This document shows, in pieces, positions 18,792 to 30,923 of a stretch of 45,249 nt of DNA. Under the pieces are notes generated by a model. The model saw only the letters and a list, made by a program, of their open reading frames with translations, made no database searches and had not been told where the DNA came from. Position numbers and translations under genes: made by a program. Each line of letters begins with the position of its first letter. The first letter of the stretch is position 1. The stretch covers positions 1-45,249 of the forward strand of contig CAZCRK010000007.1 in NCBI GenBank assembly GCA_964501035.1, read 5' to 3'.

Positions 18792-19925
18792 TTAGTTTGC
18801 TTTATTTGAAAAATGTTTTAACAAACGAATTGTCTTTAATCCATCAAACCAACGGTGAAATTGGTTTATGAAATGTTGCTTAGATGGGGAAGATGATTGC
18901 AAACCATCCCAAACTTCTTCTATATTTTCATGTTGAATAAACTTTTTTAATTGAGGTGATATTTTTTCAACACAATCAAACAAATCATCTAAAGATTGAT
19001 AAAATCCATTCATTCCAATTTCTAACCAATCTTTCAAAATTTTAAAGGAGTTGTCCGAATAATAAAGTTCATTTACATCAAAACCTGAATCCGCTTGTTT
19101 CATTCTAAAACCTGTTCCTAAATATACCCTGTGTGATATTCGAGAAGAGGGATGAACTAATTTAACCTCTAATGAGTGTACCCCACAGAATTTCGCACAT
19201 TCTTGAAGAAAGTAAAAATCTTCGGTTGCTTTTTTTTTCGGCATACCACCGACAGATGCATATGTCTCTGCCATGCAAACCATAGCCGACCCTAATGAAA
19301 CATAACCATAAGGAGAACCTGTTTTTTGGATGCAATTTGCAGTGTCAACTAAAAATGTTTCATACTTCTTTATTGATAGATTTACATGCTCATCTTTACT
19401 TTTTTGATGAGAAAATCCAACTACGATTGCTTGGGCTTTGCTCTTCTTTTGAAATGTTTCTATTTCAGTTAAGTAGTTTGGATCTAAAATAGTATCTGCA
19501 TCGGTACAGCACAACAAAGAATCAGCATTGGCATACAGCAGTGCATTATCTAATCCTATTTTACGAGCCATACCTACACCAACATGTTTGTCGGGTATTT
19601 CTTTTCCATGAGAGCTAGCATCAATTACAACTAACTCTGCTAATGAATCACAAGTTTCAAGCCAGCTAATTGTGTTTTGGTTATTTTGCAAATCCTCATC
19701 AATACAATTTTCTCCATTATTAACAACAATCACAACGAGGGTATCATTTAACAACTGTTTGTTTTGCTGGTTGATACTCTGAATTGTTTTGGGTAAGTTT
19801 TCAAACTCTGAATATGCTGGTATAACGAAGATGAATTTATAATTTGTTTTTTTGGGTAAAGCAGTAAAACCCCATGGTGATAGAACCGCTCTTTTTTTGA
19901 GATATTTTTGAATAACTTTGGACAA
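18792..19925 (-). CDS. GT-A fold glycosyltransferase (family 2-like)
   Basis: VIPAYSE, VVNN, GVGMARKIGLD, DxD motif TDAD, GGMPKKKATEDFYFL, SSRISHRVYLGTG. TTG start. Confidence 0.8.
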   Translation of the reverse strand: MSKVIQKYLKKRAVLSPWGFTALPKKTNYKFIFVIPAYSEFENLPKTIQSINQQNKQLLNDTLVVIVVNNGENCIDEDLQNNQNTISWLETCDSLAELVVIDASSHGKEIPDKHVGVGMARKIGLDNALLYANADSLLCCTDADTILDPNYLTEIETFQKKSKAQAIVVGFSHQKSKDEHVNLSIKKYETFLVDTANCIQKTGSPYGYVSLGSAMVCMAETYASVGGMPKKKATEDFYFLQECAKFCGVHSLEVKLVHPSSRISHRVYLGTGFRMKQADSGFDVNELYYSDNSFKILKDWLEIGMNGFYQSLDDLFDCVEKISPQLKKFIQHENIEEVWDGLQSSSPSKQHFINQFHRWFDGLKTIRLLKHFSNKAN

Positions 19926-19930
19926 GAAAA

Positions 19931-20836
19931 TTATTTGTTTTGTTCAATTACTTTGAGAGCATCTTGAAAGTTTCCATTTTTTATCCAATGGATTTCAATT
20001 CCTCTCTTTTGCATTCTTCGAAAAAATGTCATCTGTCTTTTTGCAAATTGGTGTATTGCAGTATTGAGTTTTTCGAACATCGTTTGCTTATCAATTTCTT
20101 GATTCAAGTATCGTCCAACCCAACGATATTCTAACCCAAAATATTCTAATCTTTTTGAAGATAATCCATTTTCCAAAAGTGATTCAATTTCTTCAATCAT
20201 TCCGTGATTTAGACGATAGTCTAATCGTTTAGTAATTCTATCACGAATCACCTCTCTTGGATAATCAACACCTAAAACTATGACATCATTCAAATTAATT
20301 TTAGTATTATTTGGGTAAACTTTTTCTGGATTTGATGCAATTTCAATACCCCGTATGACTCTTCGTTTTGAATCACACGGCCATGATTTATAGAATTCAA
20401 TATCCAAAGATTTCAAATGTGCAGTTAAAGCTTCCAAAGACTGTGACTCTAATCCTTCTCGTAGAGCATCGTTAGGTTTTGTATCAGACATCTCATAGTT
20501 CAATAAAACAGATTCAATATATAACGCAGTTCCACCACATAGAATTGGAACCTTCCCCCTGTTTTCAATGTCATTTTTACAGGCATGAAATTCAGATGCA
20601 AATCGAAACACACTATAATTTTCTGATGGATCTAATGTATCAATAATGTGATATGGAATTTCAATACCATTTACATTATATTCATCTAAATCTTTTCCAG
20701 TGCCAATATCCATGCCACGGTACAGCTGTCTTGAATCGGCTGAAATTATCTCGGCATCATACTTTAAAGCTATCTGAACGGCTAAGTTAGTTTTTCCTGT
20801 AGCTGTTGGACCTAGGATGACAATGAGTTTATTCAT
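19931..20836 (-). CDS. miaA: tRNA dimethylallyltransferase
   Basis: GPTATGKT, SADSRQLYRGMDIGTGK, CGGTALY, RRVIRGIE, AKRQMTFF. Confidence 0.96.
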   Translation of the reverse strand: MNKLIVILGPTATGKTNLAVQIALKYDAEIISADSRQLYRGMDIGTGKDLDEYNVNGIEIPYHIIDTLDPSENYSVFRFASEFHACKNDIENRGKVPILCGGTALYIESVLLNYEMSDTKPNDALREGLESQSLEALTAHLKSLDIEFYKSWPCDSKRRVIRGIEIASNPEKVYPNNTKINLNDVIVLGVDYPREVIRDRITKRLDYRLNHGMIEEIESLLENGLSSKRLEYFGLEYRWVGRYLNQEIDKQTMFEKLNTAIHQFAKRQMTFFRRMQKRGIEIHWIKNGNFQDALKVIEQNK

Positions 20837-20850
20837 GATTAAAAAAAACT

Positions 20851-22131
20851 CTATTCTTCAAGTTCAGGAAGCAGTTCACTTGGGATATTCTTTTTAGCCT
20901 TTGCTCCTAATTTTTTAATGGTTTCAACTTTTCCAATTAAATTACCATGACCATCTTTTAGTTTATTCATTGCGCCATCATACGATTTTTTAGTCTTTTC
21001 AAGATGTTTATCAATATCTTGCAAATTTTCAACAAAGCCTACAAATTTATCATATAGAGCACCACTTTGTCGAGCAATTTCCAATACATTTTTCTTTTGA
21101 TTTTCTTGTTGCCAAATAAATGAAACTGTTCGAAGAGTTGCAAGAAGAGTGGATGTACTCACCAAAATAATATCCTTTTCTAACCCAAGTTTAAATATTG
21201 AAGGGTCTTCTTGAAGGGCGAGGGTAAGAGCTGGCTCAATAGGAATATACATTAACACATAGTCGGGAGAATTAATTCCATACAATTTTGTGTAGTCTTT
21301 CCCGGATAAATCTTTGATATGATTTTTAATACTATCGATATGTTTTTTTAGATAAATTTTACTACCCTCATCATCATGGGTTGAATAGAATTCTTCATAC
21401 GCAGTGAGTGAAACTTTTGAATCAATGATGAGATGTTTTGCATCTGGTAAATTGATAACACAATCGGGTCTTTTTTGGTTTCCCTCTTCATCTTTAATTG
21501 ATGTCTGTGTTGAAAAGTGGATATTTTTTTCAAGACCAGCATTCGCTAGCAAACCCTCAAGCTGTAATTCTCCCCAATCACCTTGAGTTTTCGAATCACC
21601 TTTCAATGCTTTTGTTAAATTATCTGCATCTTTACTAATTTGCTGATTTAAATGTGTCAAATGTTTAATTTGTTCTTCTAAACTTACTCTGCCCTCTATT
21701 TCTTTTTCATATTTATCATGCACTGTTTTCTCAAAAGATGTAATTTTTTCATTTAGGGGTTTCAGTATTTGATCAATGTTAGTTTTGTTTTGTTCAGTAA
21801 TTTTTTGGGAATTTTTTTCTAGAATTTTGTTTGCTAAATTTTCGAATTGCACTTGTAATTGTTTTTTTTCGTCTTCAATGTTTGATTTTACAATATCAAT
21901 TTCAGTTTTTAGGCTCGAATTTTTACCAATTAAGGATTGAATATCAGAATCTTTAACTTTATTTTCTTTTTCAAGATGGTCAGAATTTTGTTTTTCAACC
22001 TCAAACAATTCTTTTGAAACGTACTGAGATAAATCAACTTCTTTTTGTGAATGATTGGTTTTCGATTTTGTGACTAAATATCCAATGAATATGCCAAGTA
22101 CAACACCAGCTATGAGCAATCCAATTTCCAT
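20851..22131 (-). CDS. rmuC: DNA recombination protein RmuC
   Basis: N-terminal TM, coiled coil, ALKGDSKTQGDWGELQLE, RPDCVINLP, IDSKVSL, DYVLMYIPIE. GGAGG RBS. Confidence 0.95.
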   Translation of the reverse strand: MEIGLLIAGVVLGIFIGYLVTKSKTNHSQKEVDLSQYVSKELFEVEKQNSDHLEKENKVKDSDIQSLIGKNSSLKTEIDIVKSNIEDEKKQLQVQFENLANKILEKNSQKITEQNKTNIDQILKPLNEKITSFEKTVHDKYEKEIEGRVSLEEQIKHLTHLNQQISKDADNLTKALKGDSKTQGDWGELQLEGLLANAGLEKNIHFSTQTSIKDEEGNQKRPDCVINLPDAKHLIIDSKVSLTAYEEFYSTHDDEGSKIYLKKHIDSIKNHIKDLSGKDYTKLYGINSPDYVLMYIPIEPALTLALQEDPSIFKLGLEKDIILVSTSTLLATLRTVSFIWQQENQKKNVLEIARQSGALYDKFVGFVENLQDIDKHLEKTKKSYDGAMNKLKDGHGNLIGKVETIKKLGAKAKKNIPSELLPELEE

Positions 22132-22145
22132 GAGACCTCCTAAAT

Positions 22146-24791
22146 TTAGTTTAGAATCATTTGTGCTTTTAGTACATTGTAAATTTTCTGTGAACTATCT
22201 TTCAAATGAGCAATTGTTTGAGCATTATACACATTTTTTCGTTTTTGTGCAGTTTTGATTTGTTTAAACACCTTAACTAAATGACTTCTTGTTAGAGAAA
22301 GGGCATCTTTAGGAAAATTAGATTCAGACTCTATGAGTATTTGAGTCATCATTTCTACATAATTTCGTTGTAATTCTCTACGAAAGCTATTGATGTTTTC
22401 ATTTTTATCAAGTTCAGACCAAATCGTTGTATTCATAAAATCAAAAATTTCACTCATTGTAAATATATCATCACCTTCATTAAATCGAATTTCATTATCA
22501 TGCACTCTTGCAATTCTACGTGGATTCATAATTCTGTACAATGCAACGCGTTGAAGATAGTTAATGACACGGTGAATCGGATAATCAATTCTATCAACTC
22601 CCCACACAGAACCCTTAAAGTCATCAAACCGTTCTGGTGCAAGTTTATTTAATAGTTCAGGAGAGAAATCAAAGGCACTTTCGGATAAAATTTGATCACC
22701 AATAAATTGCATTGCCCTGCGTTGGTCATCAGCAGAAACCGGAGTTAAAGGCATAGGGGCATTTGGATCACCAACATGATGCCGACTCATATAGAGCCCA
22801 CCTATATATTTTGATGCAGTTGATGATGCTCGATTATACTCTCCGATTCCTTGAGAAAAAACAGACCGTATTTTTTGATATCGGGTATCTTCTTTTTCAA
22901 AATCAATTAACAGCTTTTCCCACAATTTATCAACCAATTCAAGTTGATTTTCATAATACAAAATAGGATCATTGCTCATATCCCATGTGTTACTTAAAGG
23001 GTCAATTCCACGAGATGAAAGACCATAGGTATCTTCGTCAGTTCCATAGGTCAATAGAGGTTCAGTTGACCGTTCAGCAATCGATTCTAAATAGTCACTT
23101 TCGCTTATTCTTGAATTTACATTAGGATTAGAATAGCCATACTCGATTGCCCACATATCATAAGGTCCCGGTTCAGTTTGAAACATGGTATGTCCATTAT
23201 CTAATAAGCAAACCGGGTGATAATCCATTGCTGAACCACTTATACCATGTGCTTCAGTAAAATCTGGGTCTGAAAGTTGTTCGACACTATATATTGAGCT
23301 TGCTTTAAAATTATGTCTTAATCCTAAGGTATGTCCCACTTCATGAATAAGTAAATCAACCAACCCTTTATGAACGTAGTCTTTAAGGTCTGTTTTAGTC
23401 CCATGGATTAAATTGTTAGAAATTAAATAGCTCCAACCCAACCCCATTTGCTCACGTAATTCATTTGAATAATTACAATGTTCATCATGGTGTATTTCTG
23501 GCTCATCCCATGCAATTTTGGTTATATCATCAGCTGTAACTGGAGTTACAAATTCTTCATATTCGTTATAGAATGCACGAACAAAATCTGCACTTACCCG
23601 AATATCAGCATCATACAACTCTCCTGTAAATGGATTTGCTCTAGATGGACCAACGGCATATCCAGATCCAGGTTGAACCATCCAACGAATAGTATTGTAT
23701 CTCACATCGGCTGGATCCCAATCAGCATCATCTGGCATTTGTTTTACGATGATTGCATCTTTAATCCCAATTGCTTCAAACGCTTTATTCCATGCCAAAA
23801 TTCCCTCTCTGATTGCATCTCGATACTCAACAGGAATTGTATTTTCTAACCAATACACTAGATGCTTTTTGGGTGGTGAAAGTTCAAGTTTAGGCTCTGC
23901 TTTTTCTAAATCCCAACGATTGATGTACCGAATATATGGATTTTCACGCATCATATTGGTGTAGTCTTGGTACATTGTTAAAAAATATCCAACACGGTCA
24001 TCTGCTAAACGGGGTTCATAATTGCTCTTTGGGATTTCTGATAAACTAATATGATACCGATGCATCATACTACGTGTACTTGGGAGAGTAAATGCATTTG
24101 ATGTTTTTTTACTTTTAAAATGGAGGGTAATTTCAATCTCTGAATTATGGGGAAATGATTTTAAATCATCATAGTAGCTATTTTTCTTATCAAATGAAAA
24201 TCGACCACCATGCCGGTTAGCAACATGTGCGATATCATTTAAAAACAAGTCATCTGCATCCACCAAAACCGCCCCAGTTTTACTATGAGGTTTACTCTTT
24301 ATTTCTGCAGAACTGATGAGTGAATTAGATAAATTATTTTCTAATGATTTTGATACTGCTGCGTCTTCATCTGCTCGAAACCATACATTTTTTTCAATAA
24401 ATTGCACTTTGTTTCCAATTTTCTTTAAAACAAATGGAAATTCCCCCATCATGGAACTACCGTCGTAATAATATGCATCACCAGATTGACGAGTAAGACC
24501 TGCCAAATAAATGATATCAAATTGTTCGGGTTTTATTGCAAGATATGCTTCATTTTTATCTTGATTCCAATAGAAAGTAAACAATCCTTCAATTTTTTCA
24601 CAATCCTTGATAATTTCATTATATTTTTTGGGGTCTGAAGATTTTCTTGAGGATTTATGCTTTTCACCTTTTTCACTAACCTCAGTAGAATCAGTTTTTA
24701 AAAAATCATAATTCAGTTGTTTAAAGGGGTTTGCAAGCAATAAAGATGTAGAAAATAATACAAGAAAAAATGAATTCAGTATGTTCGACAT
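22146..24791 (-). CDS. Secreted zinc-dependent metalloprotease (metzincin; EcxA / DUF5117-DUF4953-type architecture)
   Basis: HEVGHTLGLRHN zinc motif, Met-turn SAMDY, PRLADDRVGYF, GPSRANPFTGELYDADI, GPYDMWAIEYGY. ATG at 24791 has a GGAGG RBS and a signal peptide. Confidence 0.9.
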   Translation of the reverse strand: MSNILNSFFLVLFSTSLLLANPFKQLNYDFLKTDSTEVSEKGEKHKSSRKSSDPKKYNEIIKDCEKIEGLFTFYWNQDKNEAYLAIKPEQFDIIYLAGLTRQSGDAYYYDGSSMMGEFPFVLKKIGNKVQFIEKNVWFRADEDAAVSKSLENNLSNSLISSAEIKSKPHSKTGAVLVDADDLFLNDIAHVANRHGGRFSFDKKNSYYDDLKSFPHNSEIEITLHFKSKKTSNAFTLPSTRSMMHRYHISLSEIPKSNYEPRLADDRVGYFLTMYQDYTNMMRENPYIRYINRWDLEKAEPKLELSPPKKHLVYWLENTIPVEYRDAIREGILAWNKAFEAIGIKDAIIVKQMPDDADWDPADVRYNTIRWMVQPGSGYAVGPSRANPFTGELYDADIRVSADFVRAFYNEYEEFVTPVTADDITKIAWDEPEIHHDEHCNYSNELREQMGLGWSYLISNNLIHGTKTDLKDYVHKGLVDLLIHEVGHTLGLRHNFKASSIYSVEQLSDPDFTEAHGISGSAMDYHPVCLLDNGHTMFQTEPGPYDMWAIEYGYSNPNVNSRISESDYLESIAERSTEPLLTYGTDEDTYGLSSRGIDPLSNTWDMSNDPILYYENQLELVDKLWEKLLIDFEKEDTRYQKIRSVFSQGIGEYNRASSTASKYIGGLYMSRHHVGDPNAPMPLTPVSADDQRRAMQFIGDQILSESAFDFSPELLNKLAPERFDDFKGSVWGVDRIDYPIHRVINYLQRVALYRIMNPRRIARVHDNEIRFNEGDDIFTMSEIFDFMNTTIWSELDKNENINSFRRELQRNYVEMMTQILIESESNFPKDALSLTRSHLVKVFKQIKTAQKRKNVYNAQTIAHLKDSSQKIYNVLKAQMILN

Positions 24792-25038
24792 GAACAAGCC
24801 TCCGTTTTTAGTAGATGATGGTATAAATTGCCATAGTAAATTCAATGAAAAAACTACGAAGTTTCAATCCAAAAAGTGAAGGAGTATTTTTCAATAATCA
24901 CATTTCGTAAAAACCACACATAAACAATGAAAATAAATTAAAATAAGATAAAATAATCCTTAAAAAATAATATTATGTATATTGTAATTTATGTGGTTCG
25001 CAATTAGGCGGATTTTTGATAACACATTATGATTATAG

Positions 25039-26391
<1,353 letters not shown>

Positions 26392-26418
26392 ATAAATCTA
26401 AATAGATCATAGATTAAG

Positions 26419-26445
26419 AAAAAGGGTTCCACGGAACCCTTTTTT
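26419..26445. terminator. Bidirectional intrinsic terminator between gdhA and the convergent gene
   Basis: AAAAAGGGTTCC-AC-GGAACCCTTTTTT, with A and T tails on both sides. Confidence 0.9.
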
Positions 26446-26465
26446 GGTTGATAATTTGTTGTTAT

Positions 26466-29456
26466 TTATATCCCTGTTGATTCTTCTTCATCCATAATGT
26501 CAACCTCTGGGGGAGATGGTTTTAATATGACACCATCACCGGATCTACCATCAATTCGAACAAATAATGGATAATCTAATTCAATAAGTTTTAGGAATTT
26601 TGATTTTTCTTTAACGGATTGTTTTTTTAACCAGTCACAATCAATATTCTCAAGTTTATGTTGGTTTCGTATGGTGAAATATCCAATTCGAAGGCTGGTT
26701 ACATTTTGGAAAAAATGGCTTCCAAATGATGGGTCAGGATTCAACTTATCTGTGCCAACCTCAACGATTACTTTTGCATGCGAAATTTGCTTCCATGTAA
26801 CTGGAATACCCAGCCAAGGGTCTGCAGTTCCCCATCTACCTGGACCTATTAATAAATACGGATTTTCTGTACCTAATGCATCATTAAATACTTCTATTTC
26901 TCTGGCAATTTCTTGCGTTTTGGATACATCAAATAATTCTGGATCAACATATACAATATGCTTGATGTAATCAATAATGCCATCTCCCAATACGATATCG
27001 CTCTTGCATAATGGTTCTTTATTGGAACTTTTGAGCAATAATTCTGAATTTTGCAACCCACCAATCACCATAGGTTTTATTTGAAGCAAGCAAAATTCAT
27101 CTTTCTTATCTGGGTCATTATATATATTGATAGCAAACTCAATTTCAACGGGGCATCCTAACGCATGGGAGCTCATGTCTAGCATTTCATTTATGATGTC
27201 TGCAATTGGAAACGTTTCCCATTTTAACATAGGGGCAAATGTTATTACACGAGTTCCTTCATATTTGAGTGAGTCACGAATCATATTATCTTGAGAACAT
27301 ACCGTACTTCCAAGCCATTTGAGGACCCCATCACTTTCTGCCAAAGCAATATTGCTTTGTTTTAAGTTGTTGGGTTCACCATCCCGCATTGGGTTTTCAC
27401 CACAGTTTAGTTCCAATGCAAAAAAGTCATTTTGGGAACTGTTTATAGTGGCCTTAATCGAATAAAATTGTGGCAGTATTGCTGGATATTTTGGTGAAAA
27501 ACGAAGCGCTTTTCCACCTTCAACAATGGTGCGTCCTAACCCCAGTGCTACAAAGGCAATTCCTTCTTCACGTTGCATGTATGATACGGGATAATAATTA
27601 TAACTTTGTGCAACTCCACTGCATGTTGGGTAAAATCGATTATTATGGGTTTTGCCTACCAATTCCATAATGATAACTGCCATTTTCTCTTCTTCGTGGC
27701 GTTGTACGATATTATCCATTAATGTTTTTGGTTCTTGAAAAAATGTTGAGGCAAAAATACGTTTTATTGCTTCACATACTTGACTTAACCGTTCTTTGTT
27801 ATTCTCAGAACAATTGGGGAGCATATATGTGGAATAAATCCCAGCAAGGGGTTGATATTGAGAATCTTCCAATAAACTCGATGAACGAACTGCAATGGGA
27901 TGGTGCACATCCTTTAAATATGATTTTAGGGAGACAATTAAATCTCTTGATAATCGTCCTTTGAGAAAAATTTCCGTAATTTCATCATTATGTTTCGATG
28001 ATAGAGCAATATTCCATAGATCATTTTTATCCATGAAATTGTCAAACTCCTCAGTACCGACCACGACTACATGGGGAACACGAATATTTACATCTGGGAA
28101 TTTTTCTTTCCAATTCGGTTTTGCTAACATAGTATTTGCAAATGCTAAACCACGGGCTTTACCTCCCAATGATCCTTTACCTAATCGAGAAAAATTAGTG
28201 GATAGATGGTGAGAACTAGATGCAAATTCCACAACCTGGCTTGTTTGAAGATTTCTTTGTGAATTTCGAATAATGTCAATATACATCTCACGACGTTCTT
28301 CGGGATGATCAAAATCATCATCTGAAAGTTGACGAATAAAACTTGCTAATTTGAATTCCCCACGAGCTGCCAACCAATTTGAAAAATGATTATTTGATGC
28401 ATGGTAAGTAAGTGATTTCATATCCAGTGTTTCCAAAACTTCGACTAAATCACGAACAGATGTTGCTTTAGAAATTTCAGTATTATCTGGGTACCTAAAC
28501 ACAAAATCACCAAATCCTAAATTATTGACGATGAATTCTCGTAAATCTTGCAACAAGGTAGAAGAATTTTTGTTTAAAAAAGAAGCTTTAACTTTTGAAG
28601 CTTTATTCTCAATATTTTCTTCGGTAGAATGCAATAAAATAGGTAATGTTTTATCGATTGATCGTACAAATTGGGCAAACTCTATACCTGCATCTTTTTG
28701 TAATTTCCCTTTATGCGGAAATCGAATATCTGAAATGATTCCCAAGGTATTTGCTCGATAGCGTTTAAAATATTTTTCTGCTTGTTCGTAGGTATTTGCC
28801 AATAAAATTTTGGGTCGCCCACGCATGTGTAAGAGCCGATGGGTATCGTTTAAACTTTTGTCAATAAGTTGTTTTGTGTGGAATAAAATTTCTTTATAAA
28901 TAAGGGGAAGGATAATTGAATAAAATCTTGGGGTATCTTCAATCAGAATAATGGACCGAACATCACCCTTTTTTACATCTCGTTTTACATTTTTTTTATC
29001 TTCAATACATTTAATAATTGCTGGAAATACATTCGCATTTCCAGACCAAATAAATATATCATCAATGGAATCAGAGTAGTTATCTGGTAATTGCTTTATT
29101 TCAGATTCATCAAATGTGAGTAAAATTACAGGTTTTTTTGGATAAATTGCTTTTATTTGTGTACCAAAAGAAATTGGATCCATATCTGAAATACGAAGCA
29201 TAACAATAATTAAATCAAAAGGACGCTTTGATAACATATCCATAGCTTTGCGAGCTGTAGGAGCATTCCAAACACGAGGTGCATAACTCAAATTCATGCC
29301 TAAATATTCGTGTAAGATTTGCTCGGTTAAACGACCGTCTTCTTCCAATATAAATGCATCATACGGACTTGCAACTAATAGGATTTCATGTATCCTATGT
29401 AGCATTAAATTTTGAAATGCCAGTTCTTTACCTTGGTATTTTTCAAATTCACCCAT
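26466..29456 (-). CDS. Receiver-domain + PEP synthase/PPDK nucleotide-binding domain protein with a C-terminal phosphohistidine-swivel-like domain
   Basis: Degenerate REC at the N-terminus; second REC with ED, D243 (IISDIRFP), HST and NK; PPDK_N motifs GGKARGL, AVRSSSLLED, SGVAQS, GLGRTIVEG, EIEFA, LLQIKP; C-terminal GSH(914)FFQN and RIDGRSG. Confidence 0.88.
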   Translation of the reverse strand: MGEFEKYQGKELAFQNLMLHRIHEILLVASPYDAFILEEDGRLTEQILHEYLGMNLSYAPRVWNAPTARKAMDMLSKRPFDLIIVMLRISDMDPISFGTQIKAIYPKKPVILLTFDESEIKQLPDNYSDSIDDIFIWSGNANVFPAIIKCIEDKKNVKRDVKKGDVRSIILIEDTPRFYSIILPLIYKEILFHTKQLIDKSLNDTHRLLHMRGRPKILLANTYEQAEKYFKRYRANTLGIISDIRFPHKGKLQKDAGIEFAQFVRSIDKTLPILLHSTEENIENKASKVKASFLNKNSSTLLQDLREFIVNNLGFGDFVFRYPDNTEISKATSVRDLVEVLETLDMKSLTYHASNNHFSNWLAARGEFKLASFIRQLSDDDFDHPEERREMYIDIIRNSQRNLQTSQVVEFASSSHHLSTNFSRLGKGSLGGKARGLAFANTMLAKPNWKEKFPDVNIRVPHVVVVGTEEFDNFMDKNDLWNIALSSKHNDEITEIFLKGRLSRDLIVSLKSYLKDVHHPIAVRSSSLLEDSQYQPLAGIYSTYMLPNCSENNKERLSQVCEAIKRIFASTFFQEPKTLMDNIVQRHEEEKMAVIIMELVGKTHNNRFYPTCSGVAQSYNYYPVSYMQREEGIAFVALGLGRTIVEGGKALRFSPKYPAILPQFYSIKATINSSQNDFFALELNCGENPMRDGEPNNLKQSNIALAESDGVLKWLGSTVCSQDNMIRDSLKYEGTRVITFAPMLKWETFPIADIINEMLDMSSHALGCPVEIEFAINIYNDPDKKDEFCLLQIKPMVIGGLQNSELLLKSSNKEPLCKSDIVLGDGIIDYIKHIVYVDPELFDVSKTQEIAREIEVFNDALGTENPYLLIGPGRWGTADPWLGIPVTWKQISHAKVIVEVGTDKLNPDPSFGSHFFQNVTSLRIGYFTIRNQHKLENIDCDWLKKQSVKEKSKFLKLIELDYPLFVRIDGRSGDGVILKPSPPEVDIMDEEESTGI

Positions 29457-29601
29457 TGTGCTAAAATTACAACATTTTAATTAATAAATACTGACCAATA
29501 AAAAATTGAAGATTTTGTTTTTTTGAACTATTTAATATTGTGTAAATTTAAAATAAGATAAATATATCTTTTAATCAAATAAGGATTAAATATGAGGTGT
29601 T

Positions 29602-30894
29602 ATGAATATTAAAAATCGATGGCTTGTTGTAGTAGGGGCAATCATGATTCAACTTGCATTGGGTGCTATTTATGCGTGGTCAGTATTTACCAAGTTATTA
29701 ACAGACCCCAATGGATTATTTCAATTTTCTGCTCAACAAACAGCATGGATATTTTCTGCTGGGTTAGCAACATTTGCTATTGTTATGGTCCTTGCAGGAA
29801 AACTCCAAGTAAAAATAGGACCTATGAAAGTTGCGATGTTAGGAGGAATAATCCTCGGTCTTGGCTATATCTTGGGTGGTTTGTTTGGAAGTACATTTTG
29901 GGCACAATTTTTCTTCATTGGGATTTTAGGTGGAGCTGGAATAGGTCTTGCCTATGTGGTTCCCATTGCAGTTGGTGTGAAATGGTTTCCAGATAAGAAA
30001 GGTATGATAACTGGACTTGCTGTAGCTGGTTTTGGTTTTGGCGCAACTATTTGGGTAAAATTGGCAGGGTCATGGTTTGGTGGACTGCTGCATACAACAC
30101 AATTGTTTGGACTCAATGGTGTGCAATCAGTATTTATAATTTATGGGATTACATTTGCCGTATTAGTTTTACTCGGTAGCTTGGTGATGGTAAATCCACC
30201 CGAAGGGTATGTTCCTGACGGTTGGGATCCTGGTACAGCTTCCGGTATAAACGGAAGCACGGTTGAAGAAATTGAATCTTCATCAATGTTACGAAATCCA
30301 CAGTTTTATAAACTTTGGTCTGTGTTTATTTTTTCAGCTTTATCTGGATTAATGGTTATATACTGCATACGATTGTTTGGAGTTGATGCACTTGAATATC
30401 ATGGTGTAACCAATGCAGGTGTAATAGCTGGTACTGCAATGGCTTGGTATGCTATTCTAAATGGTCTTGGTCGAATAATATGGGGAACTATCTCAGATAA
30501 AATTGGAAGACGCATGGCAATTATTGCTATGACTACATTTCAAGGGATAATCATGTTATCCATCTATCACGGATTTATTCTATTTGGGTCAGCAATTGGA
30601 CTTATAATAGCATCTAGTATCATTGGATTTAATTTTGGTGGCAACTTTGCATTATTCCCAGCAGCCACTGCTGATTATTTTGGGAATAAAAATGTTGGAC
30701 GAAACTATGGATTTATGTTTACAGCATATGGTGTTGCTGGGATTCTAGGTCCACAAATTGCAGGTTTTTTCAAAGATTCTGCTCAAGGAAGTGCAGACCC
30801 ATCCGTTTGGATGACACCTTTTATAATTGCAGGAATTGCATGCTTAATTGGTGCACTTGTAATGAGTTTTGGAAAATCTAAAAAACTTGCGTAA
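29602..30894 (+). CDS. MFS transporter, oxalate/formate antiporter (OFA) family
   Basis: LGAIYAWSVF, GIGLAYVVP, KWFPDKKGMITGLAVAGFGFG, NGLGRIIWGTISDKIGRR, DYFGNKNVGRNYG. Confidence 0.92.
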   Translation: MNIKNRWLVVVGAIMIQLALGAIYAWSVFTKLLTDPNGLFQFSAQQTAWIFSAGLATFAIVMVLAGKLQVKIGPMKVAMLGGIILGLGYILGGLFGSTFWAQFFFIGILGGAGIGLAYVVPIAVGVKWFPDKKGMITGLAVAGFGFGATIWVKLAGSWFGGLLHTTQLFGLNGVQSVFIIYGITFAVLVLLGSLVMVNPPEGYVPDGWDPGTASGINGSTVEEIESSSMLRNPQFYKLWSVFIFSALSGLMVIYCIRLFGVDALEYHGVTNAGVIAGTAMAWYAILNGLGRIIWGTISDKIGRRMAIIAMTTFQGIIMLSIYHGFILFGSAIGLIIASSIIGFNFGGNFALFPAATADYFGNKNVGRNYGFMFTAYGVAGILGPQIAGFFKDSAQGSADPSVWMTPFIIAGIACLIGALVMSFGKSKKLA

Positions 30895-30923
30895 CTTAAT
30901 GAATGAAAAAGAAGGGGAAACCT

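Noticed and set aside
26466..29456. Calling the 996-aa ORF ppsA (PEP synthase)
   Set aside because: No pyruvate/PEP-binding TIM barrel, and receiver domains are present.
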